From Diplonema japonicum (lineage: Eukaryota > Protista > Euglenozoa: Diplonemea), in assembly GCA_964019335.1 (NCBI GenBank), contig OZ025695.1, positions 474,881 to 538,880 of the forward strand: DNA of 64,000 nt, read 5' to 3'. A model generated the notes under the pieces. That model was not told where the DNA came from and did not search any database. It saw nothing but the letters and a program-made list of their open reading frames with translations. Positions 53,174-64,000 of this stretch are shown here, one piece after another. Each line of letters opens with the position of its first letter. The first letter of the stretch is position 1. The translations under genes and the position numbers were made by a program.

Positions 53174-55070
53174 TCACGGGTCACTTGTGAAAAGGTGTGG
53201 ATTCAGCAGCTTGTAGTTGATGGAAATTTGAAGTTGGGCATTTAGCACCAGCCCATCAAGCTTGCACCGAGATTTTGTAAGGGTGCGTGACACGACCTTA
53301 AAATGCCTTTCGGTAGGTGCTTCTGTCGAGAGGCTTTGGCTGAGTGTCAAAGCGAACTTTGCTAGGACTGGTATTTTCCCGAGTTTTGAAGCCCAAAACT
53401 CGAAAAAACAAAATGTCCTACTCCAGCCTATGCTCAAATATTTTGTGATTTGGTCCTCAATGCAATTTTGGTCAGCTTGAAGACTCCGAAGCTCGCCAAA
53501 TTTCATGACATGAAGAAGGAGGACGTTCTTGAGCTCATCAAAATCTCCCAGCACAGTGGTGTCAATCTTTGGATTCAGAAATGCATAAAAACGCATCCCG
53601 AGAAAAGACATGTTTTTGTGGACGCAGTCTTTGTATTTCAAAATGACTTCTGAAAGGGTTTCTCGATCATTGTCCTGCACCTTAGCAAGAAGTGCTGTTA
53701 GCTCTTCTTCAACCCAGCAGATCTCACCAGCAACAACAACCATTCCAGCAGAATCGCCTTGAACCCGGTCAGTTGCAACTGCAAATGGTGTTGTCAGAAC
53801 TATGGCAAAATCAAGTTCCGAAAAAAACTCGGCATCAATCCGAAAAAGATACCGCTGCAACCCCTTTACAGACAGCATGGAGACGTAGAACGAGTTCCAC
53901 CTTGTAGTACAATACGTTTTTATTTGAGTCCTTTTTGACTCAGCAACGCCTTCTTTTTCTTGCAGGATGTTGAGCAGCTCCATCCCACTCTTGCTTGTGT
54001 ACTCTTTAATAATCTCTTTAATTTGTTGTTTTACTTTTCTGAGTCGTTCGATTTTGAAAACGTCCCCAATTGCCAACTGCATAGAGTGGCAACACAGCGA
54101 TATACCAGCACTCCATCTGACTGCAACGCGGACGTAGCTGCATCCAAGGCCTAAGGTCGAGTGGTGTTTGAGAAGGGACATGTTGCTCAGTATCGCTGTC
54201 GTAGTCTGTCACAGTATCACTCTCCATGCCGACGTTAGAATCTGTCAGTGTGTCAGATTCATCAGAGTCGGTTTTGTGATTTTCTTCCTGGCTTGGCTTC
54301 CCCAGGTTGTCGAGGTGCACAACGAAATCCTCGTGGATGGTTTGGAGGGCCCTCTGCATCACACTGGCATTATCAGCACAGACTGAAAACACCATCACAT
54401 CCTGCTCTCTCAAGTCGGATATTACCTCTTTCACTTGGCAGGTGATCTCAGCAGAGGTAGTGGAGACTAGCGAGCAGTCTACCAGTTTTAAAAAAAAGCT
54501 GCTGTTCCCATCAGACACACTAATCCCCAGAAAACTTCTCCTATTAATCGTTGCACCATCGATTAATATGAAAACATTTTCTCCTTGCATGCTTTTAAGC
54601 ATGTGTGTTCTGGTCTCTGCACCCAATTCCAACACACGTCCTTGCAACTTCTTCCTATTGATGCCCCTTAAGGTATGTGGTTGAAACAGGCTGCGAAAAA
54701 ACCGACGTTCACAGAGCATGAACGGGAGACAGTACAAGCAGGACATAATCGTGATCCGATCGAGTAACGGCAGACTCGTCTGTAACTCTGTGATCACAGA
54801 ACTACTCGTCGGTGCAGTTGGGGCTTTTTCCGAATTCTGAGACAAAGATAGAGCTGGCTTACTCTTAAGCTCCTTTTCTCTTTCCTTCTGATTGTCTGCT
54901 TTTTGGTTTGCTGCTTTTTCCTTTGCTGCAATTGCTGCTGGAGAGTGCACACGTGACCAATGATCAGAGAGCTTTCCCATCCTGTTACGGATTTTCTTCA
55001 GGCAGAGACTACATAATCTCGTGTTCGGTCGTCTTTTTCGAGGATGGCATTACCATAGAAGTAAACATTC
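53174..55070 (-). pseudogene. hAT transposase with at least two frameshifts (about 54095 and about 55025)
   Basis: BED finger 'CSLCLKK...LSDHWSRVH', 'IDGAT', 'CADNASVM', 'CCHSMQL', 'TRWNS', 'FWASK' and 'STEAPTERHF', spread over shifted frames. Confidence 0.88.
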
Positions 55071-55094
55071 ACCCCGTCCAAAGGGGTCTCACCA

Positions 55095-56095
55095 CAGTGA
55101 TGGGTGAATCCTAATTAGGACTAGACCGGACTGGACTGGACCAGACCAGACCGGATCCGGTGTGAATTTCGACCCAATTATGCCAGACTGACCGGACTGA
55201 CCAGACTGGACCGGACCGGACCAGACCAGACCGGACCAGACTGGACCGGACTGGACCAGACTGGACCAGACTGGACTGGACTGGACTGGACTGAACTGGC
55301 AGACAAGATACAACCACAACACCACATCCCCCCCTTTTTTTTTGCTGCAGAGTTCAAACGTATAAACAGATGTCTACAAGAAAAGATGTTACACAGGTAC
55401 TGAGAGACGACAACAACAACAACAACAACAAGAAACGAAGAAAAAAAAAAGAAAAAAAAAAAAAAAACCTTTATCTTCTTTTTCAGGTGGTGGGGATTAC
55501 ATGAAAATATAAGAAAAACATCAGATGTGTTCGCTGTTGACCTCCTCATCGGTCATCACCAAGCAAACCACATGAGTGCAGAATCTTGGTTACCCAGGGC
55601 ACCCCAGCTAGGGTTGAGCTGAACACCACACACATTAAGGACACGACACGGAACACAGAAGAAGCTACAACTCAGCTGCCCTGTAATCAAGTAGTCTTGT
55701 GCAAGTCCTTTAACTCATATATCTCTCACCACGGCCGGGTTGTAGCTTCTTCTGTGTTCTGCATCGATCACCACAGCCAGGTTGTATTACATCCAAATAC
55801 AACATTTCCGGACATATGTACATACCTGCAGCTGCAGTGCACTGGAGTAGATAGGTGCAAATTGCTTGATGGAGCTGTGCATGTCTGTGGTACAAAGAAG
55901 AAGAAGAAGAGGAAAAAAAAAGAAAAGAAAAAAAAAGGGAAAAAAAATCATTGTCTAAAAATATTTGAAAAAAAAGTGTTTGCAGGTGTGTCAAAAATTG
56001 CAGAAAATTTTCGAGTCTGGTCAGTCTGGTCAGTCCAGCCAATCCAGTCAGTCTGGTAAATTTACACCAGACCAGACCAGATTCACCCATCACTG
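55095..56095 (+). mobile_element. Non-autonomous hAT-like element with perfect 16-bp TIRs and (GGACT/CCAGA)n subterminal repeats
   Basis: CAGTGATGGGTGAATC at 55095 and GATTCACCCATCACTG ending at 56095. Pentamer arrays at both ends point inward. No TSD found. Confidence 0.85.
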
Positions 56096-56845
56096 ACTGG
56101 ACTGGACTGGACCAGACCAGACTGGACTGAACCAGACTGGACAAGATACAACAGTGATGGGTGAATCCTAATTAGGACTAGACCAGACTGGACCAGACCA
56201 GACCAGATCCGGTATGAATTTCAACCCAATTATGCCAGACTGACCAGACTGACTGGACCAGACCAGACTGGACTGGACTGGACTGAACCAGACCAGACAA
56301 GATACAACCACAACACCACATCCCCCCCCTTTTTTTTTGCTGCAGAGTTCAAACGTATAAACAGATGTCTACAAGAAAAGATGTTACACAGGTACTGAGA
56401 GACGACAACAGCAACAACAACAAGAAACAAAGAAAAAAAAAAAAAAACTTTTATCTTCTTTCAGGTGGTGGGGATTACATGAAAATATAAGAAAAACATC
56501 AGATGTGTTTGCTGTTGACCTCCTCATCAGTCATCACCAAGCAAACCACATGAGTGCAGAATCTTGGTTTCCTGGGGTGCCCTGGCTAGGGTTGAGCTGA
56601 ACACCACACACATTAAGGACATGACACAGAACACAGAAGAAGCTACAACTCAGCCATGGTGATTAAGGACACAATGCAGAATGCAGAAGAAGCTACAACC
56701 TGGCTGTGGTGCACCCCCTGTAATCAAGTCCAGACTGACTGGACTGACCAGACTCAAAAATTTTCTGCAATTTTTGACACACCTGCAAACACTTTTTTTT
56801 CAAATATTTTTAGACAATGATTTTTTTTTTTTTTTTTTTTTTTTT

Positions 56846-59784
56846 GAATTATTGTGAACAAGCGGCTGACTGCGAGGAAGGAGACTTCTCTTTTCGAAGA
56901 CCACGGCACCAACACACGCAGAGTTCACGTAAGAGTCGCAGTGGGGAAACGGGATTGGTTACACGTCATCACCCTCTACTGCCAGGTTAACGACGGCAGT
57001 AATCACGCCAAAAGAAACAGGGAAGCACTGATTGACGACACACTACGGAAAACTACGCAACTGGGGGACGTTCCGGTCATCGTAACGGGAGATTTTAATA
57101 CTACCATTCAGGACTCCCCGGTGCTTTCGCACGCCCTTGCACAGCATTGGACAGACGCCTCGGACAAGGTCTCACGCCTACGTGGTACACAGACCCCTCC
57201 CTCCTTCGTCACGGCAACGGCGAAAACCAGGCCAGACTACATCCTGATGAACGCAACGGCGTCGATGGCTCTAAGAGACTGCCAGACCTTCGACATCGGC
57301 GTCCCCTCCCACCACGCACTTAAAATCTCGATTGATATCCCAAAATTCCACGAGCCCTCGCTCCAATACCATCTGCCCAGGATGATCATCCCTCTCCGGG
57401 ACTCCCGAGACCGTACACCGCACAGTGATATTCTCCCAACTTTGAGGGCCCTGAAGGACACCGGAGATCTAGACGCCGCTTTCTTAGCGCTCTCTACAAC
57501 TTGTGAAAAACACCTCTTGAGGGGGACTACACAATTGGGAAACTCGATTTTCTCAGGCAGAGGCGAAGTAAACTCACCCAGCTTGCGGAGGACCGCAGCC
57601 CCATCCACGGAGAACAGCTTTGGTGCCGTATCCAAGAAATACTTAACCCTCGAGAAAATCCGAAAAAGTGCATCCGCCATTTTACGGAGAGTTCAGATGT
57701 TGAAAGACCCTGCCCTGCCCTATGACCTACGTAAAGGGTGGGACAAGATGAAGGCGAGAGCCATCAATGTCTTAAAGGTTCACCCTGAGACTTTTTCCCA
57801 TGGCAACATCTCCAGGGAGGCGGACCTGGTGAAGAGGAAGGTGACAGCATTACAACGGGACATGGACATTGCCTCGAAGATCCAGCGCAGTATAAAAGCA
57901 CGGAGGGAGCTAAATTCAGGCTTCTCGGTGAATCGGAGCGCAATCATGCAGTTCGTAGCAGATAGGCCCGAGAGAGAGCTGGTAGCAGCAAACACCAACG
58001 GAGCCATCTCGACCTCAGTTGAAGAGATCGACCTAGCTTTCAGGTCGGCGTGGCGCCACATCTTTCGCAAATACGAAGAACATCCCGAACCGCGCTACGA
58101 CTCTTTTGAAGAAGCGTTTGGGACGCAGATCTCCCACCACCCGATGGTGGACCTCTCGCTCACTCTGGACGATCTACGGGTAGTCCTGAAAAAAAAGGAG
58201 AAGCAGGAGTGTGCAGGGATCGACGGTTGGAGGCTTTGTGAACTCGCACATTTACCAGACGCACTACTGGAGGGTTTCGTCTATCTGTACGAATGGATAG
58301 AGGAAGGGGGACGATGGCCCAAGGCAGTCCTCACGGCGCTTGTAACGATGATCCCGAAAGGGGAGTCCGAAGAACCGCTGGAACACCGCCCGATCACGGT
58401 ATCGAGTGCGTTCTACCGACTCTGGGCAGGCGCTAGACTACCCGCGATCCTCGAGTGGCAAGAGGCGTGGATCACCCCTCTCCAATTCGGTTTCAGGCCG
58501 AAACACAGCACTGACGATCTCCTCGCCCGAGTCTGCACTAGTGTAGAGACGGCGAAAATATCAGGTAAGCACCTCTATGGCCTCTCGGTTGACTTCAAGA
58601 AATGCTTCGACTCGATCCCCCATGCGCTTACGTTCGATTTAGTGGAGCGTTTAGGCCTCAGCCAACTTATCCTGAGACCGATAAAATCCATCTACTCAGA
58701 CCTAATTCGTCGTTTGCGTTTCCCTATGGGGGTGGGCGCACCGTTCAGAACCACGAATGGAATTCTCCAGGGTTGTCCAATATCACCGGTCTTCATCAAC
58801 GCGATCCTCGCTATATTCACCAAGAAATGCACGGCGAACCCTAGAAACGCCCATCCTGTGTCGTATGCAGACGACCTAAACTTCACGTCAGCTACCTCGG
58901 AGGCCGCGGTGCAACGCTCCGTTAACCTGCTTGGCACCCTCTGCAAGCTCACAGGGATGACTATCCACCCGAAGAAAACTAAGTCGTTTGGAACGAAGCC
59001 CAAGTACTGCGGCAACGTACAGCTGCACGGGGAGACCTTCGACACGTCCTGCAAACTACAGATCCTAGGGGTACTGGTCTATTTCCAGCCTTGTAGAAGA
59101 GAGAACACGAGAGCCCGCAAGGCAATTGCAGAAATCGAGCGCCTCGCAGCAACGAGACTTTACCACAACCGCAAGGTACAGATCATCGCAGAGAACATCC
59201 TACCGTCCGCCTTCTACAGCGTCCTCTTCGACCCAATCCCAGACTCTTGGCTGGTGAAGATGAAGAAGCAAATCACATCATGCATCTGGGGTGCACGCAA
59301 CCCGATGCGTTCCACCAGTGCACTGCTAGGGATTGCCTACAAAGGACACACCCTAGACCCTTACTCTTCGGTGGTCTATAAAGCCATTTCGACCCTAGGT
59401 CGCCTGTGCACACGACAGTCGAACAAGTCCCTATTCGTGTCGGGCTGGGAAACTTACAAGTACGCAAAGGAGCGAGATGGAACGCCGTCACTTTCGAAAG
59501 GACCATTTGGCAATGCAGAAATATGGCTGCATGAAATCAGGACGAGATGGAAGGACTTCGTAAAGGAGTTGCCACGGGGCATGCCACTGTTACTAGAGGA
59601 ACAAATGCGAACGCATTGCATCCTCAACAACTCACTAGTTGGTTTCACACCCAAGCTGCTGATGAGATACTACGACAGGCCTAAGGCACTACCACGACAG
59701 AAGGGATCAAACACTAGATGAGTTGATTGTCGTTAGGCGATCCTGTCACATACTGCAGGTTCCCTTCAAAGACACCTTTTTTTT
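56846..59784 (+). mobile_element. 5'-truncated non-LTR retrotransposon (APE endonuclease + RT), followed by oligo(T), inserted in a T tract
   Basis: Begins inside the APE domain. Both flanks continue the sequence seen uninterrupted, in inverse orientation, at about 55790-56040. Confidence 0.93.
56854..59721 (+). CDS. LINE ORF remnant: APE endonuclease (partial) and reverse transcriptase
   Basis: APE 'VTGDFN' and 'TRPDYIL'; RT 'GIDGW', 'MIPKG', 'HRPITV', 'QFGFRP', 'DFKKCFD', 'GILQGCPISP' and 'YADD'. Frame uninterrupted for 955 aa. Confidence 0.92.
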   Translation: MNKRLTARKETSLFEDHGTNTRRVHVRVAVGKRDWLHVITLYCQVNDGSNHAKRNREALIDDTLRKTTQLGDVPVIVTGDFNTTIQDSPVLSHALAQHWTDASDKVSRLRGTQTPPSFVTATAKTRPDYILMNATASMALRDCQTFDIGVPSHHALKISIDIPKFHEPSLQYHLPRMIIPLRDSRDRTPHSDILPTLRALKDTGDLDAAFLALSTTCEKHLLRGTTQLGNSIFSGRGEVNSPSLRRTAAPSTENSFGAVSKKYLTLEKIRKSASAILRRVQMLKDPALPYDLRKGWDKMKARAINVLKVHPETFSHGNISREADLVKRKVTALQRDMDIASKIQRSIKARRELNSGFSVNRSAIMQFVADRPERELVAANTNGAISTSVEEIDLAFRSAWRHIFRKYEEHPEPRYDSFEEAFGTQISHHPMVDLSLTLDDLRVVLKKKEKQECAGIDGWRLCELAHLPDALLEGFVYLYEWIEEGGRWPKAVLTALVTMIPKGESEEPLEHRPITVSSAFYRLWAGARLPAILEWQEAWITPLQFGFRPKHSTDDLLARVCTSVETAKISGKHLYGLSVDFKKCFDSIPHALTFDLVERLGLSQLILRPIKSIYSDLIRRLRFPMGVGAPFRTTNGILQGCPISPVFINAILAIFTKKCTANPRNAHPVSYADDLNFTSATSEAAVQRSVNLLGTLCKLTGMTIHPKKTKSFGTKPKYCGNVQLHGETFDTSCKLQILGVLVYFQPCRRENTRARKAIAEIERLAATRLYHNRKVQIIAENILPSAFYSVLFDPIPDSWLVKMKKQITSCIWGARNPMRSTSALLGIAYKGHTLDPYSSVVYKAISTLGRLCTRQSNKSLFVSGWETYKYAKERDGTPSLSKGPFGNAEIWLHEIRTRWKDFVKELPRGMPLLLEEQMRTHCILNNSLVGFTPKLLMRYYDRPKALPRQKGSNTR

Positions 59785-62639
59785 CTTTCTTTTTCTTCTT
59801 CTTCATACCACAGACATGCACAGCTCCATCAAGCCATTTGCACCTATCTACTCTGGTGCACTGCAGCTGCAGGTATGTACATATGTCCGGAAATGTTGTA
59901 TTTGGATGTAATACAACCCAGCTGTGGTGATCGATGCAGAACACAGAAGAAGCTACAACCTGGCCGCGGTGAGAGATATATGAGTTAAAGGACCTGCACA
60001 AGACTACTTGATTACAGGGGGTACACCACAGCCGAGTTGTAGCTTCTTCTGCGTTCTGTGTTGTGTCCTTAATGTGTGTGGTGTTCAGCTCAACCCCAGC
60101 CGGGGCATCCTGGGTAACCAAGATTCTGCTTGTGCAGGATTGGGTTGTTCCATTCCCTTCCACCAAACTGAAAGTCGGAACTTGGCAGAATGGCAGAACC
60201 AGAACTTGGCGGAACAGGGAATTCCTTACTTTTTTTTTTGTTTTAACAATATTATTGTCGAGACTAAAAACTAGTTGATGGCAGTGTAATGAGCTATTTT
60301 ATTAGGTAAAATTCCGCTCGTGTGCACAAACAAATGGAGTGTCAAACTAGTTTTCCCCCCCCCCTTTTTTTTCCTCTTTGCATCATCAAGGTTGAAAGTG
60401 GTGACTATATCACCACAACACTGACAGCACAATATTCCATGTTGTGTCCTTAATGTGTGCTGTGTGCAGCTCAACACCAGCCATGGCCCTGGTAACTAAG
60501 ATTCTGTGCTCATGCAGTTTGCTGCCAATTCATCACCCTGAGCATCTGCATTATGTTCTCCCACTTGGGTGCTACTGGTGATGACCAACATGGAGGTCGA
60601 CAGCAAACAACACATCTGATGTACTTCTATTTCCATGTTATCTCCACCACCTGAATGATAAATATATGAGTTAAAAGAGGCCAGGTGGCACCCTGCACAA
60701 GAACTGTCTGCTTGATTACAGGGGTGCACTGCAACCGAGTTGTAGCTTCTTCTGCATTCCATGTCATGTCTTTAATGTGTGTGGTGTAGTTTGATGCCTG
60801 TTTGTCACCCTGAGCATCTGCATTATGTTCTTCCACTTGGGAGCTACCGGTGATGACCAATGAGGAGGTCAACAGTGAACAACACATCTGATGTTTTTTC
60901 ATGCTATCCCCACCACCTTTGGAATAATATACAAGAGTTAAAGGAGGCCGGTGTTGGCAGTGCCCTGCACAAGAACTGTCTACTTGATTACAGGGGGTGC
61001 ACCACAGCCGGGTTGTAGCTTCTTCTGCGTTCTGCATTGTGTCCTTAATCACTGCAGCTGAGTTGTAGCTTCTTCTGTGTTCTGTGTCGTGTCCTTAATG
61101 TGTGTGGTGTTCAGCTCAACCCTAGCTGGGGCGCCCTGGGTAACCAAGATTCTGCACTCATGTGGTTTACTCAGTGATGACTGATGAGGAGGTCAACAGC
61201 AAACACATCTGATGTTTTTCTTATATTTTCATGTAATCCCCACCACCTGAAAAAGAAGATAAAGGTTTTTTTTTTTTTTTTTTCTTTTTTTTTTTCTTCG
61301 TTTCTCGTTGTTGTTGTTGTTGTTGTTGTCGTCTCTCAGTACCTGTGTAACATCTTTTCTTGTAGACATCTGTTTATATGTTTGAACTCTGCAGCAAAAA
61401 AAGGGGGGGATGTGGTGTTGTGGTTGTATCTTGTATGGTCCAGTTCAGTCCAGTCCAGTCCAGTCCAGTCTGGTCTGGTCCAGTCTGGTCAGTCTGGTCA
61501 GTCCAGCATAATTGGGTCGAAATTCACACTGGATCCAGTCTGGTCTGGTCTGGTCTGGTCTAGTCCTAATTAGGATTCACCCATCACTGCTTTAACTCTT
61601 GTATATTATTCCAAAGGTGGTGGGGATAGCATGAAAAAACATCAGATGTGTTGTTCACTGTTGACCTCCTCATTGGTCATCACCAGTAGCTCCTGAGTGG
61701 AAGAACATAATGCAGATGCTCAGGGTGACAAACAGGCAGCAAACTGCACAAGCACTGAATCTTGGTTACCTGGGACACTCTGGCTGGGGTTGAGCTGTAC
61801 ACCACACACATTAAAGACATGACACAGAATGCAGAAGAAGCTACAACTCAGTTGTGGTGTGCCCCCTGTAATCAAGTAGACAGTTCTTGTGCAGGTGCCA
61901 CCAACACGACGAACAGGCATTTTCCTCCATCCACTTGGCCAGTCATCACCTACTTAGGGCACCAGCTGGGGTTGAGCTGCACACTGCATGCATTAAGGAC
62001 ACGATGCAGAATGCAGAAGCGGCCAAGGTGCACCCCCTGTCACTGGTCTCCTTTACCTCTTTCATGTTATTTGGTGGTGGGGATTACAGAAATATGGAAA
62101 TATAAGAAGTACATCAGATGTGTTGTTCACTGTTGACCTCCACGTCAGTCATCACTGGTAGCACCCGAGTGGAGGAACGTATTGCAGATGCTCTGGTGTT
62201 GAGCTGCACACTGCACACATTAAGGACACGACATGGAATATTGTGCTGTCAGTGTTGTGGTGATATAGTCACCACTTTCAACCTTGATGATGCAAAGAGG
62301 AAAAAAAAAAAAAAAAAAAAAAAAAGGTAAGGAATTCCCTGTTCCACCAAGTTCTGGTTCCACTGGTTCTGCTGTTCCACCAAGCTCTGACTTTTCAGTT
62401 TGGCAGAAGGGAACAGAACAACCCACCCCTGCATGAGCAGAATCTGGTTACCCAGGACGCCCCAGCTGGGGTTGAGCTGAACACCACACACATTAAGGAC
62501 ACGACACGGAATGCAGAAGAAGCTGTGGTGTACCCCCTGTAATCAAGTAGTCTTGTGCAGGTCCTTTAACTCATATATCTCTCACCACAGCTGGGTTGTA
62601 GCTTCTTCTGCATTCCATGTTGATCACCACAGCCGGGTT

Positions 62640-63282
62640 ATCGGCGGGGTGTGCTGCTGGTTTACTCGAAGGCAAGTTCGAACTGGTTTGGGAGGGAGAG
62701 GTCCTGGACAGGAACGGGGGTGAAGATATCCAGGAACTCGGGCTCGTGGAGGGCAGCGTGGTCCATGTGGAGGCGAAGATGAGAACCGTTCAGCTGGAGG
62801 AGCTTGAGAGCTCAGAAGTGGTTTCAGAGCTTGAGGAGCTTGTGACAGCTGACCCTGAGCTGGTTCTGGTGGTGGAGGTGGGGAACTCGCCAGCTGTCGA
62901 AGTCTTGTCCATGAAGACGACGGTCCTTCCTTCCGGACTTCGGTTCCTCGTTGTCACCGACTCCACAGGCTGTGTTACAAGGATAGGCTCTGGGTTTCTT
63001 GAAGAGTGCGACCACCTGACGTCTGTTGATCTCATCCTCCCCAATGTTTCCACCATTGATGAAAATCTTTTATATAAGTGCAAAAATCTAGAAACCATCG
63101 ACTTGAATGCGATGACCAATCTTTCTTCTATTGGTGATAACTTCTTGTTTTGGTGCGAAAAACTAGAAACCATCGACTTGAATGCGATGACCAATCTTTC
63201 TTCCATTGGTGATCGCTTCTTGGAGGGGTGCGTAAAAGTAGAAACTGTCGACTTGAATTTAAAAAGAAAAGTCGGTGTTTAG
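62640..63282 (+). pseudogene. Ubl-like plus BspA-type LRR gene fragment, 5' end replaced by repeat
   Basis: 'FELVWEGEVL....IQELGLVEGSVVHV', then 25-aa LRRs 'LETIDLNAMTNLSSIGD.FL..C' (near-identical 75-nt units). The frame begins inside the hAT repeat and ends mid-repeat. Confidence 0.7.
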
Positions 63283-64000
63283 AAGAAGAAGAAAAAAAGA
63301 GGGGAAAAAAGAAGAAAAAAGAACACCCTGGCGCTGAGAAACATCTTTGTGGAAAAACCAACGGAAAGCAATCCAATACCTCGAAGACACCGGGGACCTG
63401 CCCCCCTCCGCAACAACTCCACAACAACCATCTAACCTGCTGAAGTAGCATGCCGATCAGAAGGCGGCTGAGGCACTTGTCATTTAATCAGAATCCCGAG
63501 ATCCCATCCCTGATCCCCAAATAGAGAGTGTACCATCCTGTTTCTCGCGGAAACAGAGTACCTACCCCCTCCCCACCACAGCACCCGACCAATCAGATGC
63601 AGCAGTGTGAAAAAAAAAAAGCCCCCCTCTCCCCAAACAAAACAAACAAACAAACATTTCCCCACCCCCGATAACGTATAATTAAGAAAAAATATGGGGG
63701 GGAAAGGATACTGAGGTCCGGCACCCTTAGTAGCCAAAAAAAAAAAAAAAAAAAAAAAAAAGTGTAAAGTGTTAAACAGCCAGCAAAGCTTATCTGTTCT
63801 GTAGGGAACAAGCTGCAAAGAGACAGGGCGGTGGGAGGACTCTGAAGCCGCAGGCGGATGACGCCCCCGAAGGGACCAAAGAGGGCGGGAACGCACCGAG
63901 CGGAGGCAGCCAGTCGGGGCCTGACACACCTAGGGGTGGGATCCGGACGCCAGAGGGAGATCAGCTGATGGGAGTCGGGGCACCGGAAGGGGAACAGCAG

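Larger units (their letters stand above)
52636..55094 (-). mobile_element. Decayed hAT DNA transposon, truncated upstream by a second hAT-family insertion
   Basis: The terminus-like CAGGGTGGGTCGTTCCATTC..CCAAACTG at 52636 recurs at about 60136 and, inverted, at about 62430. It encloses transposase remnants. Confidence 0.7.
56096..62640. repeat. Nest of partial direct and inverted copies of the same hAT-like family, interrupted by the LINE
   Basis: Further left ends at 56152 (+) and 61589 (-). The internal unit 'GGGTTGAGCTGAACACCACACACATTAAGGAC..CAGAAGAAGCTACAAC' recurs in both orientations. Confidence 0.9.

Noticed and set aside
59659-59715. CTGATGAG as a hammerhead ribozyme core in the LINE 3' end
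   Set aside because: No correctly placed GAAA or stems, and the motif is not kept in the 20.1-kb copy.
55087-62590. TCTCACCA at 55087 and about 62580 as a target-site duplication
   Set aside because: The second copy is internal family sequence (also at about 55724) and is not next to a TIR.
55095-62640. CRISPR-like repeat array
   Set aside because: The repeats are long, degenerate, in both orientations and bounded by TIRs; there are no unique spacers or cas genes, and the context is eukaryotic.

Overview
Eukaryotic DNA, most likely from a euglenozoan protist of diplonemid type. That assignment is inferred from three things: a unidirectional gene array, AG acceptors just upstream of start codons, and a double-length TyrRS together with many spliceosomal cis introns. 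From base 1 to about 52.5 kb, about 24 protein genes all lie head-to-tail on the minus strand, some only 41-102 nt apart. They include an IP3 receptor, EMC7, a CDF zinc transporter, 6PGD, a WD40-PDZ protein, a PPR-like protein, a DEDDh-KH exonuclease, TyrRS, a mitochondrial carrier, a RUN/Rubicon-like protein, MCM10, an AlkB-like enzyme, a SWAP-like factor and a bacterial-type FlaR kinase. I reconstructed by hand 21 GT-AG introns that repair broken ORFs or remove implausible inserts. Eighteen are 32-45 nt, 19 end in ACAG, and almost all are A/C-rich with no polypyrimidine tract, whereas gene-start acceptors often follow U-rich tracts. From 52.6 to 62.6 kb lies a transposon nest at an apparent divergent strand switch: a decayed hAT transposase, nested non-autonomous hAT elements and a 5'-truncated APE-RT LINE. 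The LINE is followed by oligo(T), sits in a T tract, and shares its 3' end with a T38-tailed SINE-like element at about 20.1 kb. All calls come from motif recognition by eye; no searches were run.
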